From: Eledone cirrhosa
Taxonomy: Eukaryota
Reading direction: 5' to 3'
Length of the DNA: 64,000 bases
Assembly (NCBI GenBank): GCA_964016885.1
Contig: OZ024746.1
Coordinates: 77,128,001 to 77,192,000 of the forward strand
Part shown: one piece after another, positions 13,294-26,277 of the stretch
Layout of the letters: each line of letters opens with the position of its first letter
Position numbering within the stretch: position 1 is the stretch's first letter
The notes under the pieces: generated by a model
Told to the model about the DNA's origin: nothing
What the model saw: the letters and a program-made list of their open reading frames with translations, nothing else
Database searches by the model: none
Translations under genes and position numbers: made by a program

Positions 13294-14515
13294 CTGCAAG
13301 AAAAAAAAAATGTTTTAATCATTAACTCTTTTGATACCAAACTGCTTAAAACTGTTCTTGATATTATGATACAGGACTGTTTAACTGTAATAATTTAACA
13401 TAAAAAAAATCTAAAAATGGAGTTGTTAATTCATATGTTTATAGTACCTTTACCAGTGGACTGAACTTTGTGAAAATGTGCAGTAAAGACTTAATTTTTA
13501 GTGTGATCCTGCCATAGAGCTGTTTTGTACCTTTTAAGAGTGCCATGCTAATGTGGTTTCATGTGATACAGGATGTTCAGGTGTTTAAATTTATGTAAAA
13601 ACCTCCCATCATAATTTTATGTAAGAACTTTTGTTAAATTATGCTCCAAACAACAGATGAGAATATTAAAGTTACTAAATCCATCCAAATTCTTGATTTA
13701 AAAATCATAAGTGGCATCATTAGAAATATGGTAATGATAAGTAGTATCATTAGAAATATGGTAATGAAAGGGTCTAAATGAAGAACAAAAGTAATACATC
13801 AATATTTTTATCTGCAACATCCTGCCTCACCTGTACATTTCACTTTTGCTGTTTCTACATATGGATACCCTTCCTTAAACCAACCACTCTACAGAGTATA
13901 CAGGTTGCATGTTATTGTGGTGCCAGAACTAGAAAGGTTGTAATGCCCTCAATAAGACTTACGAGACCTCCCTACTCTACATTGTTTCTATAATGAAAAC
14001 GTGACCTAATAGTTAGGGTGTTGGAGTCACAGTCACAAGGAGTTACTCATGTGACTCAGTTGAATTCAGCTGACTTTGGTCATCAAGACATTTCATTTCA
14101 CATTACACCAGCCCCTCAACTGAAAAAAATGAGCATCAGCAGCATCGAAGGGTTAACTGCAACATCTGGTCTAGGGGTGAGTCTTTTCATGATGGCCTGG
14201 AGCTTCTATCATTAAAATACCTGAGAAACAACCTTGTAGGAGGCCAACTAAACTTCCTTAGGTGTGAGCTGTAACAACCACATTACAGAGTGTACTGGGT
14301 ACACTGTATCTTGGCACCAACACTAGAGAGGTTGTTATGTTCTCTATACCTTACTTTGTCTCTGTTTAACACCAACCAATTTAATGGGTACATTTTATAT
14401 TAGCACCAACACTGGATAGGTTGCCTTGTCTCTTGCAACACTAAAGAGTAATTCTAAAATAAAATAGAAGCTGCCTCTGAAAGTTCAGTAGTTGCAGTAA
14501 TAATACAGTACTTAC

Positions 14516-14614
14516 GTTAACAAATTCTCTGTACTTGTAGATTTAGGTTTCCATGGTTTCTGCCCTGGTTTCCAGTGAGTGGGAGGAGGACTTTCAGATT
14601 TCTCTCGCTCCATT
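14516..14614 (-). CDS. NKTR: Exon 14 (MEREKSESPPPTHWKPGQKPWKPKSTSTENLL)
   Basis: ttccag|...|gtaagt, 99 nt; SPPPxxWKPGQKPWKP is a motif I recall from NKTR. Confidence 0.93.
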
Positions 14615-14866
14615 CTGGAAAAAAATTAAGAATGTTACAAAATTTAAAGCTGATGATAGTAATCATAGAAGTTTTATACATTAAACAAAAACAGCCATTA
14701 TATACCATTAGCATAAAGAGAAAATATAAGGCAGTGCCCTAGCATAGCTTCAGTCTAATGACTGAAACCAGTAAAAGAATAAATGAATATACTCTAGATA
14801 CAGAAATAAGCAAAATATTCAGTTTTGTGAGAGTGGAGTGACAACAGTCTATTCTCATTAGAAACA

Positions 14867-15175
14867 CTAGCAGAAAAACCACACTTCGGGTGGTTTTCTG
14901 CTAGCATGTGTAGTGTGTATATTGATATTATACGCAAGTATATATACATGTAGATATGATACATCAAATAAAATCGCAATTGACAATATAAACAGAAATT
15001 GAACAAAGGCGTTGTTACACTGTCTTATGTAATCAGTAACGTAATCCATGATACATTAAAAAAAGACGATATTATATATAAACTGCATGAGCAGAAAATT
15101 AGTATGTTAATTTAAGTGATCACCACCGGAAGTGTTGACATCACACTCTCTCTCTTTCTATATAATATGGTAGTT
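14867..15175 (-). mobile_element. Possible non-autonomous Helitron-like element
   Basis: The minus strand ends in hairpin ACCAC-N7-GTGGT followed by CTAG|T. The putative 5' end (CTACCATATTATATAGAAAG) is only loosely Helitron-like. Confidence 0.4.
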
Positions 15176-16070
15176 GAAGTGGTGAAAAGAAGTCAATTTT
15201 AAGTTATTTATTTTTACGAAATTTAGTAGATAAATTATGTAATATTCATTCATTATTTATTCAAAGTAATCCAACTTATTTTACTAACGCAGACCTTCCT
15301 TTATTATAGTTTAGATAGTCACAAACAGGTCAGTTTCCAGCAGTGATTAGTAATAAAGTTTTCAATAATATATGCCGTTTTTCTATGGTAAGTATCCTAT
15401 CAATGCTAGCTAGAGAGAGGGAGAGAGAGAGAGAGAGACATCATTATTGTCGTTTTTACATTTGTTTTTCATTACTGGCATAGGTTTGACAAAACATTTC
15501 GAAGCAGAATTAAACAGCTGGATGCCCAACCTAATGCCAAGATGATACATTTCCATTTCAAACGCATATATATATATATAATGAATTAAAAATGGTGGAC
15601 CTTTTTTTTTGGTGTCTTCGTCCACTGCTTTAATTCATTGTATATTAGCCATGCAAGGCATTTTTTCAAATGCATATATATATATATAAAAAACAATACT
15701 AAAGCCAAAAGATCCAGAAAGATAATAGATGGGAGGGTATGATCCAAGTTCTAAGTCCAAGGACGAGAGAAATCAGAAATTTGTGGTTAGTAAACAAACT
15801 GAATTCAAAATGATGCCAGGTGTTGAGGAGGTGTTTACAAAAACTGGGTGTTCAGTTAGATCCCATTATGATTAAAATTCATTATCGTTATTCTTCCTCT
15901 GGCCCCCAAATCATCGAAACATTTTTGGCAAACTCCTGGTACATGTCATTTAACAATAACATAGAAATTAGTGTGTACTCAGGTATAAATAGAACAGAAG
16001 AACTCATATTAAAATAAAGTAAAGACCATATGTAATTCTAAAACCTTCAACTAAATATAATGCAATTTAC

Positions 16071-16202
16071 CTCTGAAAAGTAAGTAGTTGGTGTTGAAGT
16101 GCATCCCTGGAAAAGAGTTTCTGGCGCTTTTCAGCCACATTTGATCTCCTTCTTGGAGGACTGTGATGTCCACCAGAACTTGAAGAATGTGAATATCTGC
16201 GA
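16071..16202 (-). CDS. NKTR: Exon 13 (RRYSHSSSSGGHHSPPRRRSNVAEKRQKLFSRDALQHQLLTFQR)
   Basis: cttcag|...|gtaaat, 132 nt, phase 2-2, open frame, SR-like composition. Symmetric, so it could be skipped. Confidence 0.85.
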
Positions 16203-19077
16203 CTGAAGAATAAAGAAAATATTGTTTAAATTGAGGTAAAGATGCAGTTGTCTGTAACTGCTTTTCCGTGTACATTTTCTGCTGATATTGAAGCTATACT
16301 AGAAGACCCTTGCCCAAGGTGGTGCATAGAGAGACAGGATCCAGAATCAAGTGGGTGTAGAATGAACTCCTTAACCACACTGCCATGCATGTGCCTATGT
16401 TGGCATGGATAAAATAAAAAACACAAGTCTTAAAAATTTGCATAAATTATTGGAATATGGTTTTCATGATTGGATTTCTGTATTAAAAGCAAAAGAAAAA
16501 CCAAGATAGGTAGCATGTATTGCTCTAATATTTGGTATTATCTGCTGTATGTATCCCAGTTTTTAGAATAGGTACCTCATATTCTGCTGTGTCCTATGAG
16601 GTGTCAACTAAAAGGAGTCACAATCCTATCTTGAAAAGCAACGTGAAATGAAGATTCTAGCACAAGAACTCAATACACTGCAGAGTCTAGGAATGAAAAC
16701 CACAACCTGGTAATCATGAATCCAACGCGAACCTCTAAGCCACACATCTTCACTACACTTATGTAGGTTTAGCTGACTCCTGATGAGGTTGCATCTCAAA
16801 GGAGGTTTTGAGTGTGTTAATGTAAGAGGCCCCAGTCCTAACATGGAAAGCAACATGAAATGTGGCATCTTGTTCAAGAATACAATGCACTGCCCAGTTT
16901 AGGAATCAAGCCCAAGACCTTATAATTACAAGTCCAACATCCACACCACTAGGAGGTCATGCACCTTCGCTGATGATGATATTACAAGGTTTGAATCCAT
17001 TGGTCTAGAGAGAATTATGTGATAATTATTGCGCAATCATATTTTTATCAGCTAAGACACCAGCTATTATGTGGTGCAACTCAGCAGTTACACAACTCTG
17101 CTTGATGCTGTTTGCCAGACTGATGCAAAACAGGTTCCATTCATGTTTTTACAGTTGAGTAGTTAACAACAGGAAAAGTATCCAGCTGTAAAAAACAATT
17201 ACTCCAGTGAAATAGAATACAAAATAAAGCTGTCCACAACCCACTTATGCAAGCATGAAAAATAAATGTGAAACCATTGGAAAAAAAAAAATAATAAATT
17301 TAGCAGTAAGTTGAAAAACCTCATTAATAATATCAGTGGTAAGGCCTGTCGCTGCAATGGTAATAATACAAGTTTGTATTGCTAGGAAGATGTTTAAAAG
17401 AAAACATGTGCAGTGAAGTTAATATACTTAATCTAATTGCTGTCCACTGAATGTGCATTAAATAGACAGAGTGCAGGAGAACTAATCAAAACAGAAATTG
17501 CAAATGAAACTATCAAATGAGATATCTTATATGTTGTGGACAGTTGCTGGCAATCATCATCATTTTATGTCCACTTTAAGAAGGTGAATTGGCAGTGTCG
17601 TTAAGGTGTTCGATTAAATGCCTAAGCATTAGTTCAAGCTCCTTGCATTATGAGTTCAATTTCTGCCAAGGTCAACTTTGTTGTTCACGCTTTTGAGGTT
17701 AAATAAAGTACCAGTCAAATACTAGGGGTCCATTCTACCTTTATTTCTTTCCTTCTCCAGAGGAAAACAGCTGTCTTCAGACCTAGGAAGGGACAGGTCA
17801 TGTGCCAGGACAGCACTCCTTCCTTCTATACTGTGACTCTTATGTTTCACATTTGGCATGGTTTCCATGATTGGATGCCATTCCAAGTGCTAACCACTTT
17901 ACAGAGTGTACTGGTTGCATTTTATCATGAAACCAGCACTTCCACTTTATAGTATGTACTGAGACTGGGAGCATTTTATCATAGCACCAGCACTATCATT
18001 TTACAAAGTATACTGGGATTGGATTCATTCTATCATGACACAAGTACTATCACTTTACAGTGAGTACTGGGTGCATTTTACAGTGGTACCAGCAATAATG
18101 ATATCGTCATTGTTGTTTTATGCCTGCGTTTCCAAGCAGACATGGGTTGGATGGGTTTTCTGAGGCATTTTACAGTTAGAAGCCTTTCCTGTTGTCAGCC
18201 TTGATGCATCTAACCATCCACTCTAGAGGAGAAACTGACATGCTGAACATAACTTCTTTGAAAGTAATTGTAAAGAGGAAGTTGACAAATGGAGATATTG
18301 TTGGGAGGAAGCAGAGTGTACTGGGTGCATTTTAATGTGGCACCAGTATCAGGGAGGTTGTCATTTTCTTGACATAACTGAAAAGGCCTCTCAATTCTTG
18401 TCAATAAATAATTGGTTACATAAAGGTAAAGAAAGGAGCCAATTGTTAGATCAAACCAAGGAAACAATATTTCCATTGATCTTTCCATTGCTGTTACTAT
18501 CTGCCAGTTGCAACACCTGGCAGGAAGCAGGATTTAAACTCTGAACCCCAAAAGCTGGATCAGATACCACAGATATCAACTTGTCAACAATTCCACTAAC
18601 CCACAACCCTCAGACTGGTACTTTATTTATCAACCCTGAAAGGAAAAGAGGCAAAGTTGATCTCAGTGGGATTTGAATGCAGAATGCAAGAAACTGAAAC
18701 AATACCGGGGCGTTTAATCTGATATTCTCATGACTCTGCTGTCTTACATAAATTAATATGTGCTGGTGCCATGATAAAATGCACCCAGTGCACTAAAGCA
18801 GAATATAGAAATGCATCTAGTGCATTCAGTAAGGTGTGGGAACATATGTGAGACGTGGGCCCCAAATGGATCCGGTGCACTTGGTAAGCAAGATGCAGGG
18901 CCTCCAGCGATCTGAGATATCAGTAGCTCTGATTAAGTACTTGGTCTATGATAATCTGTCCAACCAACCCTTGCTAGCAAGGAAAACAGACATTAAACAG
19001 TGATGACAATAATAGGGAGTTGTTTGATTGTTTTCTAAGACACATACAATGCCAATATTTAAAAAAATTGTTTTTAC

Positions 19078-19728
19078 CTGTGTTGGTGACGGGATGAACT
19101 CCTGTTTCTATGATGTGATGGAGATGAAGAAGAGGACGAAGAAGAATGATGTCGCTGAGAACGCCGTGTGGTTCTATTCTTCTTGTAGTGATCAGGAGAA
19201 TTAGATCTTGGTCTTGACTTCGAAGTCGACCGATTTTTCTGACTCCGATCAGCTGAATGGGATTTATGTGATCGAGATGGCTGTGCTGATTTTGACCATG
19301 ACCGCCGGTCCCTGGGCACATGTGATTTGGAATGCGAACGACTGCGTCTTCTGCTCTTATTCTGATGCCTCGAATCAGCATGTGAGGATTTTGAAGAAGA
19401 CCTACTGGTTCTCCGAGTGGAATGCCGATATCGGCTGCTGTGTTTGTCATTATGATCTGCTTCCACTTGAGATGTGTTGCCGTGTCTTGTTTTATTCTCT
19501 TCAGTTTTCTGTCCATGACTTCGCTGCCTTAAAGGTTTGCTCCTCTTTCCACTGCTCTCACCAACATCTTTGCTGGCCTTTGTTTCATGATTCTCCTCGC
19601 CCTTTGACTTTACATTATGTAACTCTACATCAGAATCCGAGGCATTTTTCCGGCTGCGTGATTTAGAACGGGACTCTCTGTCTTTTGGAGACTTCCCTCC
19701 CCGTTTGTGCTTCTTATGCTTCTTGTGC
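19078..19728 (-). CDS. NKTR: Exon 12, K/R/S/H-rich RS region
   Basis: ttttag|...|gtaaaa, 651 nt open, phase 2-2. Confidence 0.93.
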
Positions 19729-20107
19729 CTAAAAATTAATAAAATGTACATAAATAATTATTTAAAACCAACAGAAAATAAATTATAAAAAAAGAATCCA
19801 ACTATTTCAGTGACATAAAGAATATTGGAAATGATATGGTTTCTTTTAGAAAGGACATCCAGCCATAGTAACAAACCATGCCAAACAAAAAGTTGAGAAA
19901 AACCATGTTAAACAAAGGGCTGAGAGGACTCTTCATTTGTGTCTAGGCTATGACAGCCTACATAGTGCTTCTGCCACAATAAAAGGCACCCAGTACACTC
20001 TGTATAGTGGTTGGTGTTAGGAAGGAAATACAGCCATAGAAACCATAACAAAACCGAAACTCAGGTAAGATGTGAACGCTTGCCCATTAGTGAGAGACAA
20101 TAACCCT

Positions 20108-20245
20108 GACTTGGTCTGTGACAAACTGTCCAACACATGCCAGCATGTAAAGTAGTGATTGGTCTGTGACAACCTGTCCAACACATACCAGTATGTAAAG
20201 TACTAACTTAGTCTGTGACAACCTGTCCAACACATGCCAGCATGT
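20108..20245 (+). repeat. Three tandem ~48-bp copies of a SINE tail segment
   Basis: TTGGTCTGTGACAA(A/C)CTGTCCAACACATGCCAGCATGTAAAG repeated three times with minor variants. Confidence 0.85.
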
Positions 20246-21125
20246 ATAAACAGGTGATAAATGTTGATGATGATGTACTTCTGAATATTATTTTGGAAGA
20301 TTCTTCAACAGAATAAGCTTTCACACTGGGTCAAAACCAAATAACAGACATCAATTCATTTTCTGGGGTAAATTTGAATTACATGCTATTTTACTTGTTA
20401 GTTTCGATACAATTTGATATATGTATTATTCAAATCCATGGTAGGAAAACTGCACAATTAGGTCATAGTAGTACATAAAAAAATATACTTACTTTTTATC
20501 CTTATGCTTTTTATCATCTTTATGGTTGTCTCTGAAAAAATATGAGTCAACCAAGCATGAGAATTTGCCTAAGAAATTTTTTTTAAATCATCAACAAACA
20601 TTACACCTGAAATTGACTCTGGTTTTACAATACAAAGCTATTAAATGTTTATATTATTTAAAAACCTTCTATAATTTAATGCAAGAACCTTTGTTAAGTT
20701 ATGTTCCAAACAACTTAATTATGAGAAAAAATAGTTACATTACTAAATGTTTCCAAATTCTTGATTATTTCCAAAATTATTTGAAAATCATGGAGAGTCT
20801 CTTTAAAGATTTCATAGAAAACTGATTCTTTAGATTTTACAGCTTACACCTGTGCAATTTTAGCTGGCCTCTTAAAAAGTTGTTTCTCATAGGAGGTTTC
20901 TTGAATGTTTTAATGCTAGGGACCCCAGTGAATGAAGCATCTTGCTCAAAAAAACAAAATCAAAAAAAATCCACAGCCCAACCTAGGAATCAAATCCACA
21001 ACCTTATGACTGAGTCCATCCACACTTCTTGAGAACTAGATATATTAAAGTAAATTCTTCCATAAAGGAATGGTGAACTTAGAATTGCAAGATTATTTGA
21101 GATATATTACAATTATCTTACTAAC

Positions 21126-21709
21126 CTGCTCTCTTCAGCAACCTTACTAGATTTAGATATATCAGGCTGGACAACATCACGATGAGAATGAGAATCTTTT
21201 GTACGTTCCTTCTCTAATGGTGAATGGTTCCTCTTGGACTCACTGATTTTCTCTACACTTTGTCTCTTTGATCGGTCAGATTCACGATCACGTCTTTCCC
21301 TGTCTCGGCTCGACTGATCTTTACTCTGCTCTTTCTTTCGATTTCGGCGATCTCTACTGCTGCTACGGCGACTGTCTTTCTTCCAGTCATCTGCTTCCCT
21401 GTCTTTATCCTTGTTCACACTATTAACACGCCAACCATCATGATCAGAGCTCTCGCGATTCCTGCTTGGATTCTCAGAGTTTTTCTGTCGGTTTGACTCT
21501 AGTGTATCTCCCTTCGCCCAGCGGGTAGAGTTGCTGATTTCCTTCCCAGTTGAATCCAATTTATCTCCTTTCAACCAACGAGCACTGTTAGTGCTATCCT
21601 TAGCAGTTGCAACAGTTTTTACACCATTATCCACTTGGCGAATTCTATCTAGTTCTCGACGCCAGTGTGGTGGAGTAATACTACCATCCCTACTCCGAGA
21701 CCGGAAACG
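21126..21709 (-). CDS. NKTR: Exon 11 (RFRSRSRDGSITPPHWRRE...WLKGDKL..., RS/RD-rich)
   Basis: ttgtag|...|gttagt, 584 nt, phase 0-2; conserved TPPHWR.E and WxKGD motifs. Confidence 0.94.
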
Positions 21710-22904
21710 CTACAAGAAATATATAATTAGTTCAAAATAAAGAGTTTTGTGATCCAAATATATAATAAAAGATATTGTACTTAATTTATTTCTTAACATT
21801 CTATAATGATTTAGCAAAAAATGTCTAAAAATAGGTTTGTTAATTCAAATGTTTATAGTATATTTACTAGTGGAGAGGTGATTGTGAAAATTTGTAGTAT
21901 TAGTGTAAATTTTTAATGTGATGCAGTCACTGTGTTGTTTTATAATTTTCAAGGATATCTTGTTAATGTGGTTTCATGCAGTAGAGGACATTAAGTGTTA
22001 AACATTGATTCTACTAAGAGAAAATCTAGTCACTTTCTTTAACAGAATAGAACTTTGGCAAACAGTTAAAAATCTATATAAAGTTTCTGAGAGTAACTTT
22101 CAATACATCACCACCAAAAGGTTAGTGTCTGAATGATTAAATTGACAATGGTGCAAGCAAGGCTATGTGGTAAAGAAGTTCACTTCACAACAATGTGATT
22201 CTGGATCTGATCCCATACTGTAGCCTCAAGTTAACTAATGCCCTGAGTAAATTTGGTAAATGAAAACTGTCTAGAAGCCCACAAGCCCACAGTGTGTGTG
22301 TGAGTGTGTGCGCGCGCGCGTGTGCATGCATGCTTGTCTTTGTTTTGCACTGGTTGAACAGACAGTGAGTTTGGTTATGTCCTGCAACTCAGTGGCTGAA
22401 TATGCCAAAATTCATATCTTATTTTAAAAAATAAAACAAGTGGGGGCTGGCATCATAGAGAGCATTCTGCCATAGAATACTGCCACAAAAATCATTGGTC
22501 AACCCATGACAACATGGGAAATTATAATGATAATGAACGAAACATTGATATATCTATCAGTTTTTACAATCATTACACACTTCAGACATTATGATTTAAA
22601 CTAATTTTGATACCAAACACGAGAAAATAGCCTAACAACACTAATGTTGTGTATTGTGGTGACCATCATCCTTCATGTGGCAAAAAACATGATTACCCCG
22701 ATGTAATTAAAATATTCAAATAAATAAGAAGCAAGTATCTTATGTAATTATCATCATTTTATGTCTGCTATCCATGCTGGCATAGGTTGGACATGTTGTC
22801 ACAGTCCAAGACTAAACAGGTTGGAGAAACCTCAGCTTGCTTCTCTTAAGTTCCATATTTGACATGGTTTCTATGGCTGTATGCCATTCCTAATGTCAAC
22901 TACT

Positions 22905-23375
22905 TTACTGGGTGTATTTTATCATGGCACCAACAGAAGCACTGTAGGTGTACTGGGTACATTTTATTATGGCACCAGCACTAACAGCTTACAAAGTGTT
23001 CTGGGTATATTTTATTGTGGCACCAACACTAACATTTTACAAAGTGTTCTGGGTATATTTTATTGTGGCACCAACACTAACATTTTACAAAGTGTTCTGG
23101 GTATATTTTATTGTGGCACCAACACTAACATTTTACAAAGTGTTCTGGGTATATTTTATTGTGGCACCAGCACTAACATTTTACCAAGTGTACTGGGTGT
23201 ATTTTATTGTGACACGAGCACTTTTATTTTACAACTTTACAGGGTGTACTGGGTGCATTTTAACATAGCAATAGCGCTAACACTTTACAGAATGTACTTA
23301 TCATAGCACCAGCACTAACTACCACTTCACAGAATGCACTAGGTGTATTTTATCATGGCACTAACATTTTACAGA
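22905..23375. repeat. 48-bp minisatellite derived from the RTE-SINE internal module
   Basis: Unit TGTTCTGGGTATATTTTATTGTGGCACCAACACTAACATTTTACAAAG, about 9-10 copies, central ones identical. Confidence 0.92.
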
Positions 23376-23434
23376 ACATAATGTGTACATCAAATTAAAA
23401 TCTCAAAAAAAAAAAAAAAAAAGGCAAAACTTAC

Positions 23435-23546
23435 AAAACTCCCGCGTCCCTTGATTTTTCGACCTGTGCTGGAGTATTTTGTACCTCTGCCTTTGTAGTT
23501 GGAATCTGGATATTTCCGATGTGATTCTGCACGTACTGGAGAATTC
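23435..23546 (-). CDS. NKTR: Exon 10 (...SSTGRKIKGRGSF)
   Basis: tttcag|...|gtaagt, 112 nt; conserved GRKIKGRG motif. Confidence 0.95.
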
Positions 23547-25311
23547 CTGAAATAAAGCACATTATCATCATCATTGTTTTTACATGCTGACATAGGTTGG
23601 ACGGGACTTTATGGATGGATGGATGCACTTCCTGACACCAACCCTTTAAGTCGCTTCTTATGACACAGTGTACCTATTCTAAACTGGATGCACATGATAT
23701 GAATACAAACCAAAGAAAATACTGTTTTCCTTTTTTTTTTTCCAAAAAAAATTTCTAACAGGTATGACAATGGTTCAGTGCAGAGCAGATTATCACTCAA
23801 GAGCTCACACCTATACAAGTTTAGCTGGCCTCTATGAGGTTCTATCTCATAGGAGGTTTCTTGGGTGTTTTAATGTGAAATGAAGTGTCTTGCTCAAGAA
23901 CACAACATGCCATCCAGTCCAGAAATCAAACCCACCTTTCTGCAATTATTCAGAGAGAGGAAGGCAAATTATGAATTGCAGAGGATGATGAGAACAGAGC
24001 TAGTGATAGATGGTTTAGGTCATATGTTGCAGAATGATGAAAGTGACTATGTGAGAGGAGTGATGGGAATAGAGCCAGTGATGAATAGTGCAAAAACTAA
24101 TGGAATGTAATGGTTGGGTCAATTGTTGAGGAAGGATAAAAATGACAGGAGAGATGTGATGAGAATTGAGAATAAGGCTAGTGATAAATGTGAATAAAAA
24201 TGGAATAAAATAGTTAGGTCTTGTGTTGAGGAAAACTGAAAGTGATGGAAATGAATGAGGGAAAAGGATGACCAAGAAAGACATGGCTAAAAATGATATA
24301 AGAAAAAATGAAAGTTAGGGGTTGATTGAGGGAGAGCAGAAGACAGGACAAAATACCTTTGAATAGAAATATTAATGTCCCATCGAGTTATTCCCCCTCA
24401 CACTAATGACTAATTAGCATACTTGGCTTAATGTTTAAACAAACAAAACTAACAAGCGTTTTAGGGCAATTTTTCCTTCTGAAAAAAATTTAGTCTTGTG
24501 GGACGACCCATTACAAGCTTATCTATTTTGCCCTATCGTCTGCACCACCCCCTCATCAACCTACTGGCTTTTATTTCCTCTTTCATTATCTAGCTATATC
24601 TAGGCTACAGTGGGATTTGAAAGAAAGAGACCTGGAACAAATACAGTAAAGCATTTTGTCCTTAGGACTCCTGATATATATCAAATATAACAAATGCTAT
24701 AATAATCATTTCTTAGATTAGCAAACGGTCCCATTTTTTTTTTGGGGGGGGGGGGACATGATCAGTACATGGTTCATTCCATGGCTAGTACTTATTTTAT
24801 CAAAACCCATAGGAATGAGATATAAAGTAGACCCTAGCAGGGTTTAAACTCAGAATGTAAATGCATGCAACTACCATTTTTGCATTATCACCACTTTAGC
24901 TCATTCTATTTCAATTAATTAATGAAGAATTTTGATGGATTTACTGAAATCATTAATTATTTTATTAATAACAGAAATTTAAGAAAAAGTTCTTATATAA
25001 AATTATGTGGGAAGCTTTTAATATAAATAGGAACCTTTAAAAATGGACAGCTTTGTTTTAAAGAACCAGAGCAGGTTTGGCCAGATTGGTATTAAAAGGA
25101 TTAATGAAGAATTTGGGGGGGATTTGTTAACATTATTATTTCATTACTAAGATAGTAACTTAAAATATAAAATTATGCTGGAAGATTTTAATAAATATAG
25201 GAGCCCTAAAAAAAGGGAGGTTTTGTTTCACAGAACCAGAGCAGCTTCTGGCTGGGGTGGTCTCAAAAGGGTCAGCAAATACTATTACCATTGTAATAAA
25301 GAAATACTAAC

Positions 25312-25440
25312 TTGGATTTGTCTTGCAGCTGAGGGTTGCCTCGATAGAGAAATTTGGGGGCTGGAACATCTGGTATCTCTTCAGGCCGCACAGAGGAAAC
25401 TTGAGTGGAGTCCTTTTTAGCATCTGATTCAGTATCAGTT
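25312..25440 (-). CDS. NKTR: Exon 9, moca motif (SVRPEEIPDVPAPKFLYR)
   Basis: ttgtag|...|gttagt, 129 nt, phase 2-2; resembles VRPEEIPP(V/I)PENRFL of PPIG/NKTR. Confidence 0.94.
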
Positions 25441-26099
25441 CTACAACAGAGAGAAAAATTACCATTATCTTCATCATTTTATGTGTTTTCCATGCTGGTA
25501 TGGATTGGTTGGGTCATCATAGTGTGAGACCAGACAGTTCAGGGGACTACATCTTAGTCATATGTTCCCCTTTGGAATGATTTCTACAGCTTTATAACTA
25601 CATGGTTTTCAGTCTAAGCCCACTGCATAACATCTTGGGCAACTGTCTTCTATAGCCCTTATTGACCAACATCTTGTGAGACCATTGCAGAGTTTAATCC
25701 CCCACTGTTGCAGCTGGTACTCATTTTTGGCTGAGTTTATTGGGGCAACATGAAATAAAGTGTCTTGTTCAAGGACATAACACACTGCCCAGTTCAGAAA
25801 TCAAACTCACAATCTTACAGTTGTGAGCCCAACATCCTAAATACTAAGTCACCTTGCTTTTGTGTTATAATTATTTAATTTCTATCCCACAAATTTGAAG
25901 ATATGTACAGCCTAATGGTGAGGGTGCTGGTCTCATGATTGTAAGGTTGTGAGTTCGATCCCTGGACCATGTGGCACTTCCACAAAGAACCAAATCCAAT
26001 AGGCCACACAAAATAATTTTTTTTAATTTTCTCCTCTTCCAGTTAAATGAAAAAATTAAGAAAAAAATTTAGTGACAAAAAAAAGAAAAGAAAACTAAC

Positions 26100-26277
26100 T
26101 TTGATTCTTTCTTTTTTTTCTTCTTTTTCTCCTTCTTCTTCTTTGATTTCTTTTTCTTCTTCTTTGATTTCTTCTTTTTCTTTTCAGTGTCGCTTTCTGA
26201 AGCTGAAGAGCTGGAGTCTGAAGATGATTCTGATGAGGAAACTGATTCACTTTCTGACTCATGTCGTCTCTTCTTAG
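26100..26277 (-). CDS. NKTR: Exon 8, Ser/Glu-rich then Lys-rich tract
   Basis: ggttag|...|gttagt, 178 nt, phase 1-2; matches the S/E/K-rich segment that follows the PPIase domain in this family. Confidence 0.92.

Noticed and set aside
22881-23306. Repeat-protein ORFs or a CRISPR-like array
   Set aside because: A 48-bp tandem minisatellite without unique spacers, in a eukaryotic intron with no cas genes.
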